Source: an uncultured Candidatus Saccharibacteria bacterium (lineage in GTDB: Bacteria; Patescibacteriota; Minisyncoccia; Phycocordibacterales; UBA2100). From it: 64,000 nucleotides of DNA. The notes below the pieces were generated by a model. The model ran no database searches. It was not told the origin of the DNA and worked only from the letters and a program-made list of their open reading frames with translations. Location of the stretch: the NCBI GenBank assembly GCA_964623775.1, contig CAZUVH010000001.1, forward strand, positions 40,790-104,789. The letters run 5' to 3'. The position numbers were made by a program, and so were the translations under genes. This document shows, piece by piece, positions 1 to 9,157 of this stretch (position 1 is the stretch's first letter; every line of letters begins with the position of its first letter).

Positions 1-673
1 GATTTGGATTTGTGCCGGTCACAGGATATGTCTGCGCAGTTGAGTATCCGCTCTTCGAGACGGTAATCTGATAATTACTCGCGGCGGGCGCGCCGATAAA
101 CGTGACCTCTCCATTTACATCGGAGTATGTGCGGATATTGATCGTGGGCGATGTGCTCGCGTTTACAATATCGACCTGCGCGTCATAGAGGGGTGCGTCC
201 ATTGCGTTCACGACCTTTATATTGAGTATGCCGCCAGGCACCGCCGTTTCTACGCCCTGCGGAGAGACGCGCCCGACAACAGTGACGCTGCGTGTCCCCT
301 GCTTCGACTGCCAAGATGTTTCTACGCGGATCGTTTTGAAATCGGCGACAATGCCGTTGGTATCGGCCACGCCGAGTCCATCTTCCGGATCGTCAGTGTA
401 TTCGACCGAGGTGCGGCGCGAATACACGATGCCGTCGGTCGTCGTCGCATTATCAAACTGCGGCACGTTGCCTGCCGGGATTCCCCCGATGACGCCGATT
501 TGCGAATACGTGAGTGATTTCAAATATTCCATGCGGTCGTTGCACAATGCAATCGCGCCAGCGCGCGCTTTGTTATTGCCGACGACGGTAAGTGACACTT
601 GAAATGCCGCGATAATGCCGACGAAAACAATCCCCATGAGAGCCGCCCCGACTAGAGTATCGATGAGCGTCAT
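1..673 (-). CDS. type IV pilin-like / pseudopilin, partial (reading frame runs off window start)
   Basis: The minus-strand frame from the ATG at 673-671 stays open to position 1. Its N-terminus, ...RDQRG|MTLIDTLVGAALMGIVFVGIIAAF, resembles a class III (prepilin) signal: Gly, then a hydrophobic helix with an acidic residue at +5. An in-frame upstream ATG would give a 24-aa leader. It lies just downstream of pilC in the same orientation. It is missing from the ORF track because there is no stop inside the window. Confidence 0.55.
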   Translation of the reverse strand, partial: MTLIDTLVGAALMGIVFVGIIAAFQVSLTVVGNNKARAGAIALCNDRMEYLKSLTYSQIGVIGGIPAGNVPQFDNATTTDGIVYSRRTSVEYTDDPEDGLGVADTNGIVADFKTIRVETSWQSKQGTRSVTVVGRVSPQGVETAVPGGILNIKVVNAMDAPLYDAQVDIVNASTSPTINIRTYSDVNGEVTFIGAPAASNYQITVSKSGYSTAQTYPVTGTNPN

Positions 674-770
674 GCCCCGCTGATCTCGCGTATGGCGTAT
701 GGCGTATGGCGTATGGCAGGTGTACGCAGTTGGATTTTCCTCCATACTCCATACTCCATACTCCATACGT

Positions 771-1985
771 TTAAATGTTGTTGCCCATCGAGTAGATCGG
801 CGCGATCATCGAGACCGCAAAAAATCCGACGGCGCCGCCGATAAAGAGCATGAGAATCGGCTCGATGACGGTGGAGAGATCTTTTGTCTTGCGGTCGACT
901 TCCTCTTCATAAAAGATGGCGAGACGCTTCATCATCTCATTGGTCTGTCCGGTCTCCTCGCCGACCGCCATCATTTCAGAGACGAATGGCGGATAAAGGT
1001 ACTCGTTGCGGCCAAATGTCTGCGAGAGCGGTTCGCCGCGGCGCACTGATTCCGACGCGCCGACTATCACCTCTTTGAAGTACGAATTTTGCACGACCTG
1101 TCCGACGATTTCGAGCGCCGTGAGGACATCCACGCCGGAAGAAAGGAGTGAGGCGAGTGTGCGTGACGTGCGCGCCGCATTTACCTCTCGGACAATTTGG
1201 CCAATCACCGGAATGCGCAAAAATGTCCAGTCCATCCCCCGATGGCCTATTTTTGTCCGCAGTGCGGCGACGATCATGCCTACGGCCACCATCACAATCA
1301 CGAGACTGAGGATGGTGTTTTGTGCCAAAAAGTCGCTGATTGCGATCACGACCTGAGTCGAGACCGGCAAATCAGCCCCGAGCTCCTTGAACGTCGCCGA
1401 CAAAGTCGGCACCACGGAAACCATCATGACGGCACCGATGCCGATGATCGCGACCACAATAATAGAAGGATAGATCAGGGCCCCGCGTATTTTTTTCTTG
1501 AGCGAATACATGCGATCCATCTGGTCGGCCACGACAGCGAGCGATCCCGGCAAGTCACCTCCCTCTTCTCCGGCACGCATCATCGCGATAAAGAGACGCG
1601 AAAAGACTTTGGGGAATTTCTCGAGCGCACCGTTCAAGGTCTCCCCGCGACGTACGTCGCCGGCAATCGAACTGATTACGCCAGCGAGCCTCGCGTTTTT
1701 CGTCTGGCGCTCCAAGACGGTGAGCGCGCGGGCAAGCGGCAAGCCGGCAGAGAGCATGGCGCCGAGATTGCGTGCAAAAAGGATTTTCTCGTACTCGCTC
1801 ACTCGAGAGAAAAGCGAGCTCCACCACTGCATGTTGAGGTACTTATTGCCCTGTTCTTCGGTGACGGAGATAATGCGACCACCCTCGCGTCGCACCATTG
1901 TGTAGAGTTCAAACCGATCGGCGGCTTCGGCAGATCCTTTGTACTGCTCGTCGTTTTTCTCCGCCGTGTACGTGAAATGAACCAT
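771..1985 (-). CDS. pilC: type IV pilus assembly protein PilC / T2SS protein F family (polytopic inner membrane platform)
   Basis: The 404-aa track ORF shows GspF/PilC-type conserved blocks and three TM regions. It sits in an operon with pilB. Confidence 0.9.
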   Translation of the reverse strand: MVHFTYTAEKNDEQYKGSAEAADRFELYTMVRREGGRIISVTEEQGNKYLNMQWWSSLFSRVSEYEKILFARNLGAMLSAGLPLARALTVLERQTKNARLAGVISSIAGDVRRGETLNGALEKFPKVFSRLFIAMMRAGEEGGDLPGSLAVVADQMDRMYSLKKKIRGALIYPSIIVVAIIGIGAVMMVSVVPTLSATFKELGADLPVSTQVVIAISDFLAQNTILSLVIVMVAVGMIVAALRTKIGHRGMDWTFLRIPVIGQIVREVNAARTSRTLASLLSSGVDVLTALEIVGQVVQNSYFKEVIVGASESVRRGEPLSQTFGRNEYLYPPFVSEMMAVGEETGQTNEMMKRLAIFYEEEVDRKTKDLSTVIEPILMLFIGGAVGFFAVSMIAPIYSMGNNI

Positions 1986-2040
1986 TACTCATAAGTATAG
2001 CGTATGGAGTATGGCGTATACCGGGAAAAAGCGGTACGTG

Positions 2041-2346
2041 TTAACGATCACTGGAACGCATGAGGCCCTTTATGAGAGCACCGACTGTATCGCTCCGGAT
2101 GTACAATTCAGAAAATTGTTCCTGCGAAATATAGTCGAGATCGCGCGAAATCATCAGTTGATTTTGCAATTCAGCGAGAGAGGTCTTCGCCATTGTGTAA
2201 AAGTGAAACTTATCTTTTGAAGAAAAACGGCCAAATCCTTCTGCGATGTTTGATGAAATTGAAACAGCCGCCCGCCTGCTCTGGTTCGCGAGTCCGAACT
2301 TTTCTTCGTTCGGATACTTCTTTGTGATTTTGTAGACAGCAAGCAC
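2041..2346 (-). CDS. four-helix-bundle protein (23S rRNA intervening-sequence protein family)
   Basis: VYKITKKYPNEEKFGLANQSRRAAVSISSNIAEGFGR matches the conserved core of this family. The frame stays open upstream to about 2388 (..FSDLKAWQKSHTF..) with no in-frame ATG. The track start is GTG, so the true N-terminus is uncertain. Confidence 0.65.
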   Translation of the reverse strand: MLAVYKITKKYPNEEKFGLANQSRRAAVSISSNIAEGFGRFSSKDKFHFYTMAKTSLAELQNQLMISRDLDYISQEQFSELYIRSDTVGALIKGLMRSSDR

Positions 2347-2427
2347 GAATGTGTGGGACTTTTGCCACGCTTTTAAATCTGAAAATCTCTAGATTTTGCC
2401 CTCCATACACAATACGCCATACTCTAT

Positions 2428-2455
2428 ACCTGATTTCTCCTACGGAGAAATCAGG
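2428..2455 (-). terminator. hairpin cctgatttctc-ctacg-gagaaatcagg straddling the DKNYY gene stop
   Basis: 11-bp perfect stem seen in the sequence. It may act as a terminator or attenuator inside the pilus operon. Confidence 0.4.
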
Positions 2456-3252
2456 ATTGGCGTCATGTCTGTCTCATCGCTTCCCGGTGTCACCACTGTG
2501 TCCACGATCACGCCGTCATTGAAAAGGTGTGAGCCGTCGACCGCATCCGCTGTCACGGTGCCTGAACCGTCGGATTTCTGAATGACTGTATCTTGAATTA
2601 CATGAAACGTATCGGGGTCGGCACCCACTACGATCACGAGCTCGAGCGTGCACGTCTCTCCCTGGCAGACCCAGCTGACTATATATACGTTGTTCGCGTC
2701 TTTCGCATACGTATCATTGAGAATTTGAAACGTCGCCGGATCGGCTGTGACTACGGTGGAGACCGAGGATTGCGTTGCTCCCGATTCTTGCGTGGTCGAC
2801 TGCGCGACAAAAACCTGGTCATTGTCGCGGTAGTACGTCACTGCAGTTTGCGAACCCGCCCCCGCATTACCAGGACTCTGCACCGACATCTTCTGTATCT
2901 CTGAGAACGTTGCGGGATCAGCCTCAGGTATCAGCGTGTAGGTGCCAGGCGGGGCGAGTTTATTTTTTTGAGTGCCACCGGTGCCCGCCGAAGCGACTGC
3001 GCTCGCGTTGTAGTACATACCTACAGGCGAGGAATAGACGAAGGAATCATACGAGATGAGCGACTGCGTGCCCGAACCATCAATCTCGACTTCCTCAGGC
3101 GCACCAGTCTGTGCAGCGATAGCAGCATTCCTCGCAGTCTCAAGTGATTCTTTGCTCCCGAAAATGTAATAGCTGAAAATACCTATCAGCACACTTGCGA
3201 GTCCGACAATCGCGACGGCGATGAGAGGCGACACTCCTCTTTCATTCGACAT
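2440..3252 (-). CDS. membrane-anchored DKNYY-repeat protein
   Basis: N-terminal TM anchor. Three repeats of the DPATF..I.....AKDANNVYI type (ADPATFSEI, ADPATFQILNDTYAKDANNVYI, ADPDTFHVI), typical of the DKNYY repeat family. Lies between pilB and pilC. Confidence 0.5.
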   Translation of the reverse strand: MSNERGVSPLIAVAIVGLASVLIGIFSYYIFGSKESLETARNAAIAAQTGAPEEVEIDGSGTQSLISYDSFVYSSPVGMYYNASAVASAGTGGTQKNKLAPPGTYTLIPEADPATFSEIQKMSVQSPGNAGAGSQTAVTYYRDNDQVFVAQSTTQESGATQSSVSTVVTADPATFQILNDTYAKDANNVYIVSWVCQGETCTLELVIVVGADPDTFHVIQDTVIQKSDGSGTVTADAVDGSHLFNDGVIVDTVVTPGSDETDMTPILISP

Positions 3253-3275
3253 ACCATTACTATCGCATGGATTCG

Positions 3276-5009
3276 CTACTCTGTAATGACTCTCAAGACC
3301 TCTTCAATGGTGGTGATGCCTTGAGCGGCTTTGAAGATGCCGTCTTCGCTCATGGTGAGCATACCTTCACTGTGCGCCTGCTTCGCGATCTCGTCACCTG
3401 TCGCATTTTTCATAATGAGTTCTTTGATGGTCGACGTGACGTTCATGACTTCGTAGATGCCGATACGTCCTGCATATCCCGTCGCGCACGCGGCGCTCGA
3501 TTTGGGCCGCGCGAACGAAATATTTTTCCACGTCGCGTCTTTTGCGATCACTTTTTCGTCTTTGAGCGCCTTGAGTACGATACCGGGATCGACGATATGC
3601 TCGAGCTGCGCCTGCTCATCGCGCGAAAGTTCGTACATGTCTTTCTCGGCACACAATCTTCGCACGAGGCGCTGTCCGATGACGGTACGCAATGTTGAGA
3701 CGAGGAGGAACGGCTCGATACCCATGTCGAGGAGGCGCGCGACGGCACCCGCAGCAGAGTTCGTGTGGAGCGTCGCGAGTACGAGGTGCCCGGTCAGAGA
3801 TGCATTGATCGCAAGCGACGCGGTCTCCTTGTCGCGGATTTCGCCGACCATGATGATGTCCGGATCCTGGCGCACGAGCGTGCGAAGACCGTTGGCAAAG
3901 GTGAAACCAATATCCGGACGCACCTGCGTCTGATTCACGCGCGCCATCTGGTATTCAATCGGATCTTCAATCGTTGAGATGTTTACGTTGGGCGTATTGA
4001 GGATATCGAGGAGCGTGTAGAGCGTCGTCGATTTACCGCTACCCGTCGGGCCTGTCGTGAGGATCATGCCTGTCGTCTTGCGCATCGCATCGTGCATGTG
4101 CTCAAGACCCGCACCGTGGAAGCCAATGCCCTCGAGTGTGAAGCCGGCGATGTTGTCGCGCAGCAAGCGCATGACGATCTTTTCACCAAAGTATGTGGGC
4201 AATATAGAGACGCGGAATGAAACTTTCTCGCCGCCACCTTCGGCACTGAAGCGACCGTCTTGCGGCAATCTCTTCTCGTCGAGTCGCATATTGGAGAGCA
4301 CCTTGAGGCGCGCAGTGATCGCAGCGGCCGCATGCTTGGGTAGCTCCATCGCATCGTGCAAGATACCGTCGATGCGATAGCGGATGAGGAGCGAGTCTTC
4401 GAGCGGCTCGATATGGATGTCGGACGCACCCTGCGCGCTCGCATGGCGCAAAAGTGTATCGACGATGCGTACCGCCGAGACGCCTTCTGCCATTTCCTTG
4501 AGATCTTGCTCTTTGTCGGAAGTCTTCGAGAGCGCTTCGGTCTCGTGTTTAATCACGTCGCCGAGATTGTCTTTGAGGGATTGTTGGTACTGCTTGAGCG
4601 CAGCCTTGACCGATGCAACATCCGTGAGGCGCGGCAGCACTTTCAGGTGCGTCTTCTTTTTAATGAAGTCGATCGCTGCGAGATCATCGGTGTCGAGCAT
4701 CGCGACTTCAAGCTCATTTGCATGATTACTGTACGCGATGATGTTGTTGCGTCTCGCGACAGGCTCGGGAATGAGTGAGAGTGTTTCGTACTTGATATTG
4801 GTCCCGACGAGCGAGACGAACGGGATACCGAGGATGTATGCATAGGTGCGGCGCAGCTCATCTTCGCCGATCGTATTGTGCGCAGTCAGGATCTCCGAGA
4901 CTGGCTTGCCGCTTTCTTTCGCCTCCTTCTCCGCCGCGTCAAAATCTTTTGCCGACACGAGTCCTGCATCGGCAAGAAACGTCTTCAGGTGCGAATCCGA
5001 AATGTACAT
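3276..5009 (-). CDS. pilB: type IV pilus assembly ATPase PilB (GspE family secretion ATPase)
   Basis: 577 aa with N-terminal GspII-like domain, Walker A GPTGSGKST, Asp box, His box and tetracysteine-like region. Canonical PilB/GspE architecture. Confidence 0.9.
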   Translation of the reverse strand: MYISDSHLKTFLADAGLVSAKDFDAAEKEAKESGKPVSEILTAHNTIGEDELRRTYAYILGIPFVSLVGTNIKYETLSLIPEPVARRNNIIAYSNHANELEVAMLDTDDLAAIDFIKKKTHLKVLPRLTDVASVKAALKQYQQSLKDNLGDVIKHETEALSKTSDKEQDLKEMAEGVSAVRIVDTLLRHASAQGASDIHIEPLEDSLLIRYRIDGILHDAMELPKHAAAAITARLKVLSNMRLDEKRLPQDGRFSAEGGGEKVSFRVSILPTYFGEKIVMRLLRDNIAGFTLEGIGFHGAGLEHMHDAMRKTTGMILTTGPTGSGKSTTLYTLLDILNTPNVNISTIEDPIEYQMARVNQTQVRPDIGFTFANGLRTLVRQDPDIIMVGEIRDKETASLAINASLTGHLVLATLHTNSAAGAVARLLDMGIEPFLLVSTLRTVIGQRLVRRLCAEKDMYELSRDEQAQLEHIVDPGIVLKALKDEKVIAKDATWKNISFARPKSSAACATGYAGRIGIYEVMNVTSTIKELIMKNATGDEIAKQAHSEGMLTMSEDGIFKAAQGITTIEEVLRVITE

Positions 5010-5065
5010 ATTTACTCAATTATATCGCACTGTTGATGCGTCTCGACATTTTTGTGGTGATACAC

Positions 5066-6177
5066 TTATCCGCATGACTGAGTCTCCCGTTCCACCTCCT
5101 ACTCCGGCACCGGACCCAATCACTCCGGAAAAAATGCCGGATCACCATCTCCCCGGCATCTACCTCATTGTTGGGGCCTTGGTCGTTGTGGGTGCCTGCG
5201 TGTACGCGTATTCATCGGGATCATTCGGACGGCCCGCACTCGCCGAGTGCAACATACCGAAGTCCGAAGAAGATCTCGCTGACGAAAAACAAATTGAGGA
5301 GCTCGTACAAAAAGCAGAATCGCTGAATAATCCGCTCATGAGCAGTGATTCCGCGTCGGATTTCGATATAGAAACGTATTTCTTAGAAAAAATGAAATTG
5401 GAGGACGAATACGCCGCAATTTACGAACAGATAGCAATGAAACAGATGTCCAGGGTAGCCCCCGCAGATCTCATATCTATATATGAACGCTACTGTACAC
5501 AGGAGCGACCGTTTGCGGCGGATTTGTCGCCGGAGCGATATGCAGCCTTGCGCGAAGAACTTGCGTCCTTAAATCTGCAAGAACTGACATGTAAGCTCAA
5601 GAGCGACGTCTATTGGCCCGGCGAAATTCCGTCCGTACTTTCGTCTGTCGGGCAGCGTCTCGCGGATGGCGGGGAATTCGACGCTGCCGTTCGGCTTTAT
5701 CAATGTGCTGCAAATCAATTCAACACGCTCGCTATGTATCGGATTGCTCAGGTCTTTGCCTACGGTAGTGACGGGATCATATCATCCGCTCCCGATACAA
5801 TTGCGTATACACCGATCGCTCGTGATCTAAAGAGTGCCTATTTCTGGATCGCTGCACTCGTCCACACGGAAAGACAGCAAAATTACGGGGTTCTCGACAC
5901 TGCGACTCAATTTGGATGGAATGCCATCGGCCTTCTTGATGCCCTCCAGCAAAGCAAGGAGCTCTCCGACAAAGACCTGCTCGACACGGAAGTCGAGGTG
6001 GTCGAGTTCGTACGAATCAGATATCCGTTTGCGCAGATCGACAAAACCAGCGTATACAACCATTCGATGCGTGCGATGTTGCCGGCGCTCGAAGCCGCCG
6101 CGGAAGGGAGAACCGAGATTCGACAGTCGCCAGACGATCCCAACACATATATTGTCGAACCTGTCACCCCTCGCTGA
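5066..6177 (+). CDS. hypothetical membrane-anchored protein with Sel1-like repeats
   Basis: The track ORF 4846..6177 overlaps pilB on the opposite strand. The internal Met at 5066 (MTESPVPPPTPAP...) precedes a Pro-rich stretch, one TM (IYLIVGALVVVGACVYAY) and Sel1/TPR-like repeats (AAVRLYQCAANQFNTLAMYRIAQVFAYGSDGI). Confidence 0.5.
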
Positions 6178-6258
6178 AGACACGAAATACATGCGCGTTG
6201 GATTTTTTTGGTGAATTGATGTAGAAATCGCATAGTTCCACAAGGATAGGAGTGACGT

Positions 6259-6477
6259 ATGTCGTATAAGAAGCAGGTGGACGTGGCTCTCTTTGTCTTC
6301 GCGCTGACCACCACAGCTCTCTTGTTCTTAAATATCGACACAGTGATGGCGGCGATCGCATCGGTAATCGAGAACGCCAAATTCTCGATCAATTTCGCGC
6401 TCATGACGATCGCCGCTTTCGCGATTGCTTTTGCGGGGGCGACGTACATGACCTTCCCAGAGGCATGGCGAGAATGA
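6259..6477 (+). CDS. small membrane protein (72 aa), hypothetical
   Basis: AGGAG ribosome-binding site 7 nt upstream. Two hydrophobic helices. Followed by an intrinsic terminator. Confidence 0.45.
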   Translation: MSYKKQVDVALFVFALTTTALLFLNIDTVMAAIASVIENAKFSINFALMTIAAFAIAFAGATYMTFPEAWRE

Positions 6478-6492
6478 TCTTTTCGCATTTTT

Positions 6493-6522
6493 AGGAGCCA
6501 CCCCGCGTGGCTCCTTTTGTTT
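6493..6522 (+). terminator. intrinsic terminator (ggagccacCCCGCgtggctcc + T-run)
   Basis: GC-rich hairpin with a TTTT tract directly after the small ORF. Confidence 0.6.
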
Positions 6523-6572
6523 GAGAGTCTCGACCGATACAATCACACGCAGAAGCGCCAAAGGAGTAGACG

Positions 6573-6830
6573 ATGCGGAATTGTACGAATCCAGAATGTC
6601 GACGTCCGATTGATGCATGCAACGGCTTCGTAAAAGCCGGCGACATCAACGAAGCGATTGCCGGCACGCGCCCCTGGAGAGAGGTGCGTGAATTATGCGG
6701 GAAGTGTGGCTTTTATATCGCTTGTCTGGGGATGATGGGACGAGATCAGGAGCTAAGCGAATTCTTCGTCAAGATCGGCTATGCCGACGCCCCTACTGTA
6801 CATAGTGAAGCAACAAACGGCCCGTCTTGA
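6573..6830 (+). CDS. small Cys-rich (CxxC...CxxC) zinc-ribbon-like protein, hypothetical
   Basis: aaaGGAGtagacgATG ribosome-binding site. CTNPEC and CGKC pairs. Confidence 0.4.
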   Translation: MRNCTNPECRRPIDACNGFVKAGDINEAIAGTRPWREVRELCGKCGFYIACLGMMGRDQELSEFFVKIGYADAPTVHSEATNGPS

Positions 6831-6851
6831 CGGGCCGTTGACTTTTTTATA
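6818..6851 (+). terminator. intrinsic terminator (acggcccgtcttgacgggccgt + TTTTTT)
   Basis: Perfect 9-bp stem with a T-run, seen directly in the sequence. Confidence 0.6.
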
Positions 6852-6943
6852 GTCGAAGCGTATAGTGCCCGCATTAGTTCCGCCGCTGGCGGGCGCTTTT
6901 TTTAAAGGGCGCCTTCGCGGCGAACAATAACAACATAATCCAT

Positions 6944-8269
6944 ATGGCACTGTTTGACCTTAAGACCCTGAATTCGGCTCTCGAGGAGCTCCAGCAGGAG
7001 CGCGGTATTACGCGTGACTCCGTTATTGATGCGCTCGCTACGGCGCTCGCCGCTGCGTATCGCCGTGAATACGGCAAGCGCGGGCAGATCATTCGCGCAA
7101 CCATGGATCCCCAGACGGGCGACGTGGAATTCCGCCAGGCCAAGATCGTCGTCGACTCATCTCTCGTCCGCAAGGAGGAAGAGGAGGCGAAGGATGAAAA
7201 TGACCACCGCTCACGATTCAATCCCGAACAGCACATCATGATCGAAGATGCGCGCCGTATCAAAAAGGATGCGCAGCTCGACGAAGAGATCTCCTTCCCT
7301 CTCGAGACGCAGGAAGATTTCGGCCGCATTGCAGCGCAGGCCGCAAAGCAAGTGATCATGCAGAAAGTCCGCGAGGCAGAGCGCGCTTCGATCATCGCCG
7401 AGTACGGCGAGCGCGAAGGTGAGATCGTCACTGGCCACGTGCAGCGCTTTGAGCGCGGCAATCTTTTCATCGACCTCGGTCGTGCGACCGCCATCTTGCC
7501 TTACGACGAACAAATCCCAGGCGAGCGTTATCGCCAGGGCGAGCGCGTCCGCGCACTCCTCCTTCGCGTAGACGAGGGCGTGCGTGGCACGTTCATCCGC
7601 CTCTCCCGTTCGCATCCGCGTTTCCTCACCAAGCTTTTCGAAGCAGAAGTGCCTGAAATGGCATCCGGTGTCGTGGAGGTAAAAGGAATCGTGCGCGAAC
7701 CAGGCAGCCGTGCCAAGATCGCTGTGTTCTCCAATGATGATCACGTCGACCCGGTCGGCGCACTCGTCGGTCAGCGCGGCGTACGCGTCGCGGTCGTCAC
7801 CTCCGAACTCGGCGGTGAAAAGATCGACGTCGTTGAATGGTCTGAGAAAGCAGAGGACTTCGTCAAAGAAGCGCTCAAGCCAGCACAGGTACTCGGTATC
7901 GAACTTGTGGAAGACGACAACCGCGCCACAGTGCAGGTCGCCGAAGACCAGCAGTCGCTCGCGATCGGCCGTGGCGGTCAAAATGTCCGCCTCGCAGCAC
8001 GCTTGACCGGCTGGAAGATCGATATCCGCTCCACAGGCGGCCAAGTCGTCAGCGAAGATGGCTCGCAGCAGAAACCCGTCCAGCCGACCGATGTCGAAGA
8101 TATTTCTGAGACAGAAAGCGGATTCGAGGAAACGAAAAAGGAAATGGGCGAAGATGAATCGAGCGAAGACACTATCGATCCCGTAGCTCAGGACCGCGAC
8201 ATCGCCGATGAAAAAGTAGAAGAGCAACAGGAAGAAACGGACGAGAGTAAAGAAAAGGACGCGGAGTAA
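6944..8269 (+). CDS. nusA: transcription termination/antitermination factor NusA
   Basis: N-terminal domain, S1 domain, two KH domains and an acidic C-terminal tail. Length 441 aa. Confidence 0.9.
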   Translation: MALFDLKTLNSALEELQQERGITRDSVIDALATALAAAYRREYGKRGQIIRATMDPQTGDVEFRQAKIVVDSSLVRKEEEEAKDENDHRSRFNPEQHIMIEDARRIKKDAQLDEEISFPLETQEDFGRIAAQAAKQVIMQKVREAERASIIAEYGEREGEIVTGHVQRFERGNLFIDLGRATAILPYDEQIPGERYRQGERVRALLLRVDEGVRGTFIRLSRSHPRFLTKLFEAEVPEMASGVVEVKGIVREPGSRAKIAVFSNDDHVDPVGALVGQRGVRVAVVTSELGGEKIDVVEWSEKAEDFVKEALKPAQVLGIELVEDDNRATVQVAEDQQSLAIGRGGQNVRLAARLTGWKIDIRSTGGQVVSEDGSQQKPVQPTDVEDISETESGFEETKKEMGEDESSEDTIDPVAQDRDIADEKVEEQQEETDESKEKDAE

Positions 8270-8289
8270 AAATCCCACGCATAAAAAAT

Positions 8290-8322
8290 TTAGAGGCGCG
8301 CCACCGTGGCGCGCCTCTGCAT
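8290..8322. terminator. bidirectional intrinsic terminator (agaggcgcgccaCCGtggcgcgcctct)
   Basis: 12-bp perfect stem between convergent nusA and the 8334..8768 gene. Confidence 0.6.
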
Positions 8323-8333
8323 TGAAGGAACAT

Positions 8334-8768
8334 TCACGCGCTGACGGAAATTTTCATGTCTTGGAGAAAAAATTCATCATAGCCGTCGTACTGAATGTGA
8401 ATCATACGGGGATACGGTTGTTTCTCGTTACCGATATCGGCCGGCAATCGTTGCGCAATGTACTGCGCAAGGTCTTTTAGAACCGTACACGCAATATTTC
8501 CGTGAAGAAAAAGGTCGGGAGTCTGCGGATTAATCGCGCCAAACAAATAAACGAACGGTTCTCCTGCCGCCTCCGACAACCCGAAACTCACATTGCACTC
8601 AAAACATCTCATCATGATGCGATGTGCTGGAATACACATCTTCCAGTTGTCACGATGTCGCATCGCTGAACCAACGAGGACGTGGGGTTCCTGTTCGATC
8701 TCGACAGGAATGCGGATCACGTACAACTTCGAACGCCCCCTGGTTTCACTAACCTTCTTCAACTCCAT
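8334..8768 (-). CDS. hypothetical protein (144 aa)
   Basis: AGGAGA ribosome-binding site 7 nt upstream of the ATG. No family recognised. Confidence 0.45.
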   Translation of the reverse strand: MELKKVSETRGRSKLYVIRIPVEIEQEPHVLVGSAMRHRDNWKMCIPAHRIMMRCFECNVSFGLSEAAGEPFVYLFGAINPQTPDLFLHGNIACTVLKDLAQYIAQRLPADIGNEKQPYPRMIHIQYDGYDEFFLQDMKISVSA

Positions 8769-8879
8769 GGCATATCTCCTGCGTCAAATGTACTGCGCGC
8801 CATTCAATATGATTACCGCCTTTCTGTCAAAAGATTCAGCGGCGGCGCCTATGGGCGCCGCCGCTGTTTTTGAAAAAGA

Positions 8880-9053
8880 TCATTGGGTCTTCTCTGGCCT
8901 TGCTGCCCACCACAGCGTAAGACCGAGCGCGATCATGCCTAACACAAGCATTAGAAGGTATTCTCGACCCGGATGCTCTGACATCTTGGCTGCCGACCAG
9001 CCTACGACACCCATCGCTATCACTAGTGGGAAAATCCTGAGCACAATTTTCAT
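8880..9053 (-). CDS. small two-TM membrane protein (57 aa)
   Basis: Internal Met MKIVLRIFPLVIAMGVV is preceded by GGGAGG at 6 nt. The longer track ORF 8880..9119 has a non-hydrophobic N-extension. Confidence 0.4.
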   Translation of the reverse strand: MKIVLRIFPLVIAMGVVGWSAAKMSEHPGREYLLMLVLGMIALGLTLWWAARPEKTQ

Positions 9054-9157
9054 AGCACCTCCCATGCTTCGCTCTGTGCCAACCTCGGGCACTCTAGACC
9101 TTTGTCCATTTTTTCGCAATAATGCGCGTACTTACCACGTAATCATCACTATCATCT

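Noticed and set aside
222-602. 126-aa + strand ORF at the window start
   Set aside because: It lies antisense to the much better supported minus-strand pilin-like frame, which has a prepilin signal and is open to the window edge. It has no homology signal and its composition is biased.
699-1049. Track ORF 699..1049 (+), translated through the heptad repeats
   Set aside because: It lies antisense to pilC. My hand translation of the displayed repeat region and the track translation disagree by one 7-nt unit. I therefore treat repeat copy numbers and nearby coordinates as approximate, within about 7 nt.
4846-5065. Track start of ORF 4846..6177, and similar N-terminal extensions of 9972 (tig), 26527..27465 (xth), 31796 (transglutaminase-like), 37281 (Pro-rich protein), 52360, 58065 (VirB4) and 61387
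   Set aside because: These extensions overlap the neighbouring gene on the same or opposite strand and lack family-consistent sequence. Internal Met starts that abut the upstream stop were preferred.
7211-8278. Long antisense ORFs inside well-supported genes (for example 7211..8278 - inside nusA, 52747..53865 -, 17763..18383 - inside rny, 37457..38152 -, 36925..37282 - inside pnp, 21717..22346 - overlapping tRNA-Pro)
   Set aside because: They lie opposite strongly conserved housekeeping genes. They are R/S/C-rich low-complexity translations typical of GC-rich antisense frames, with no ribosome-binding sites or family signals.
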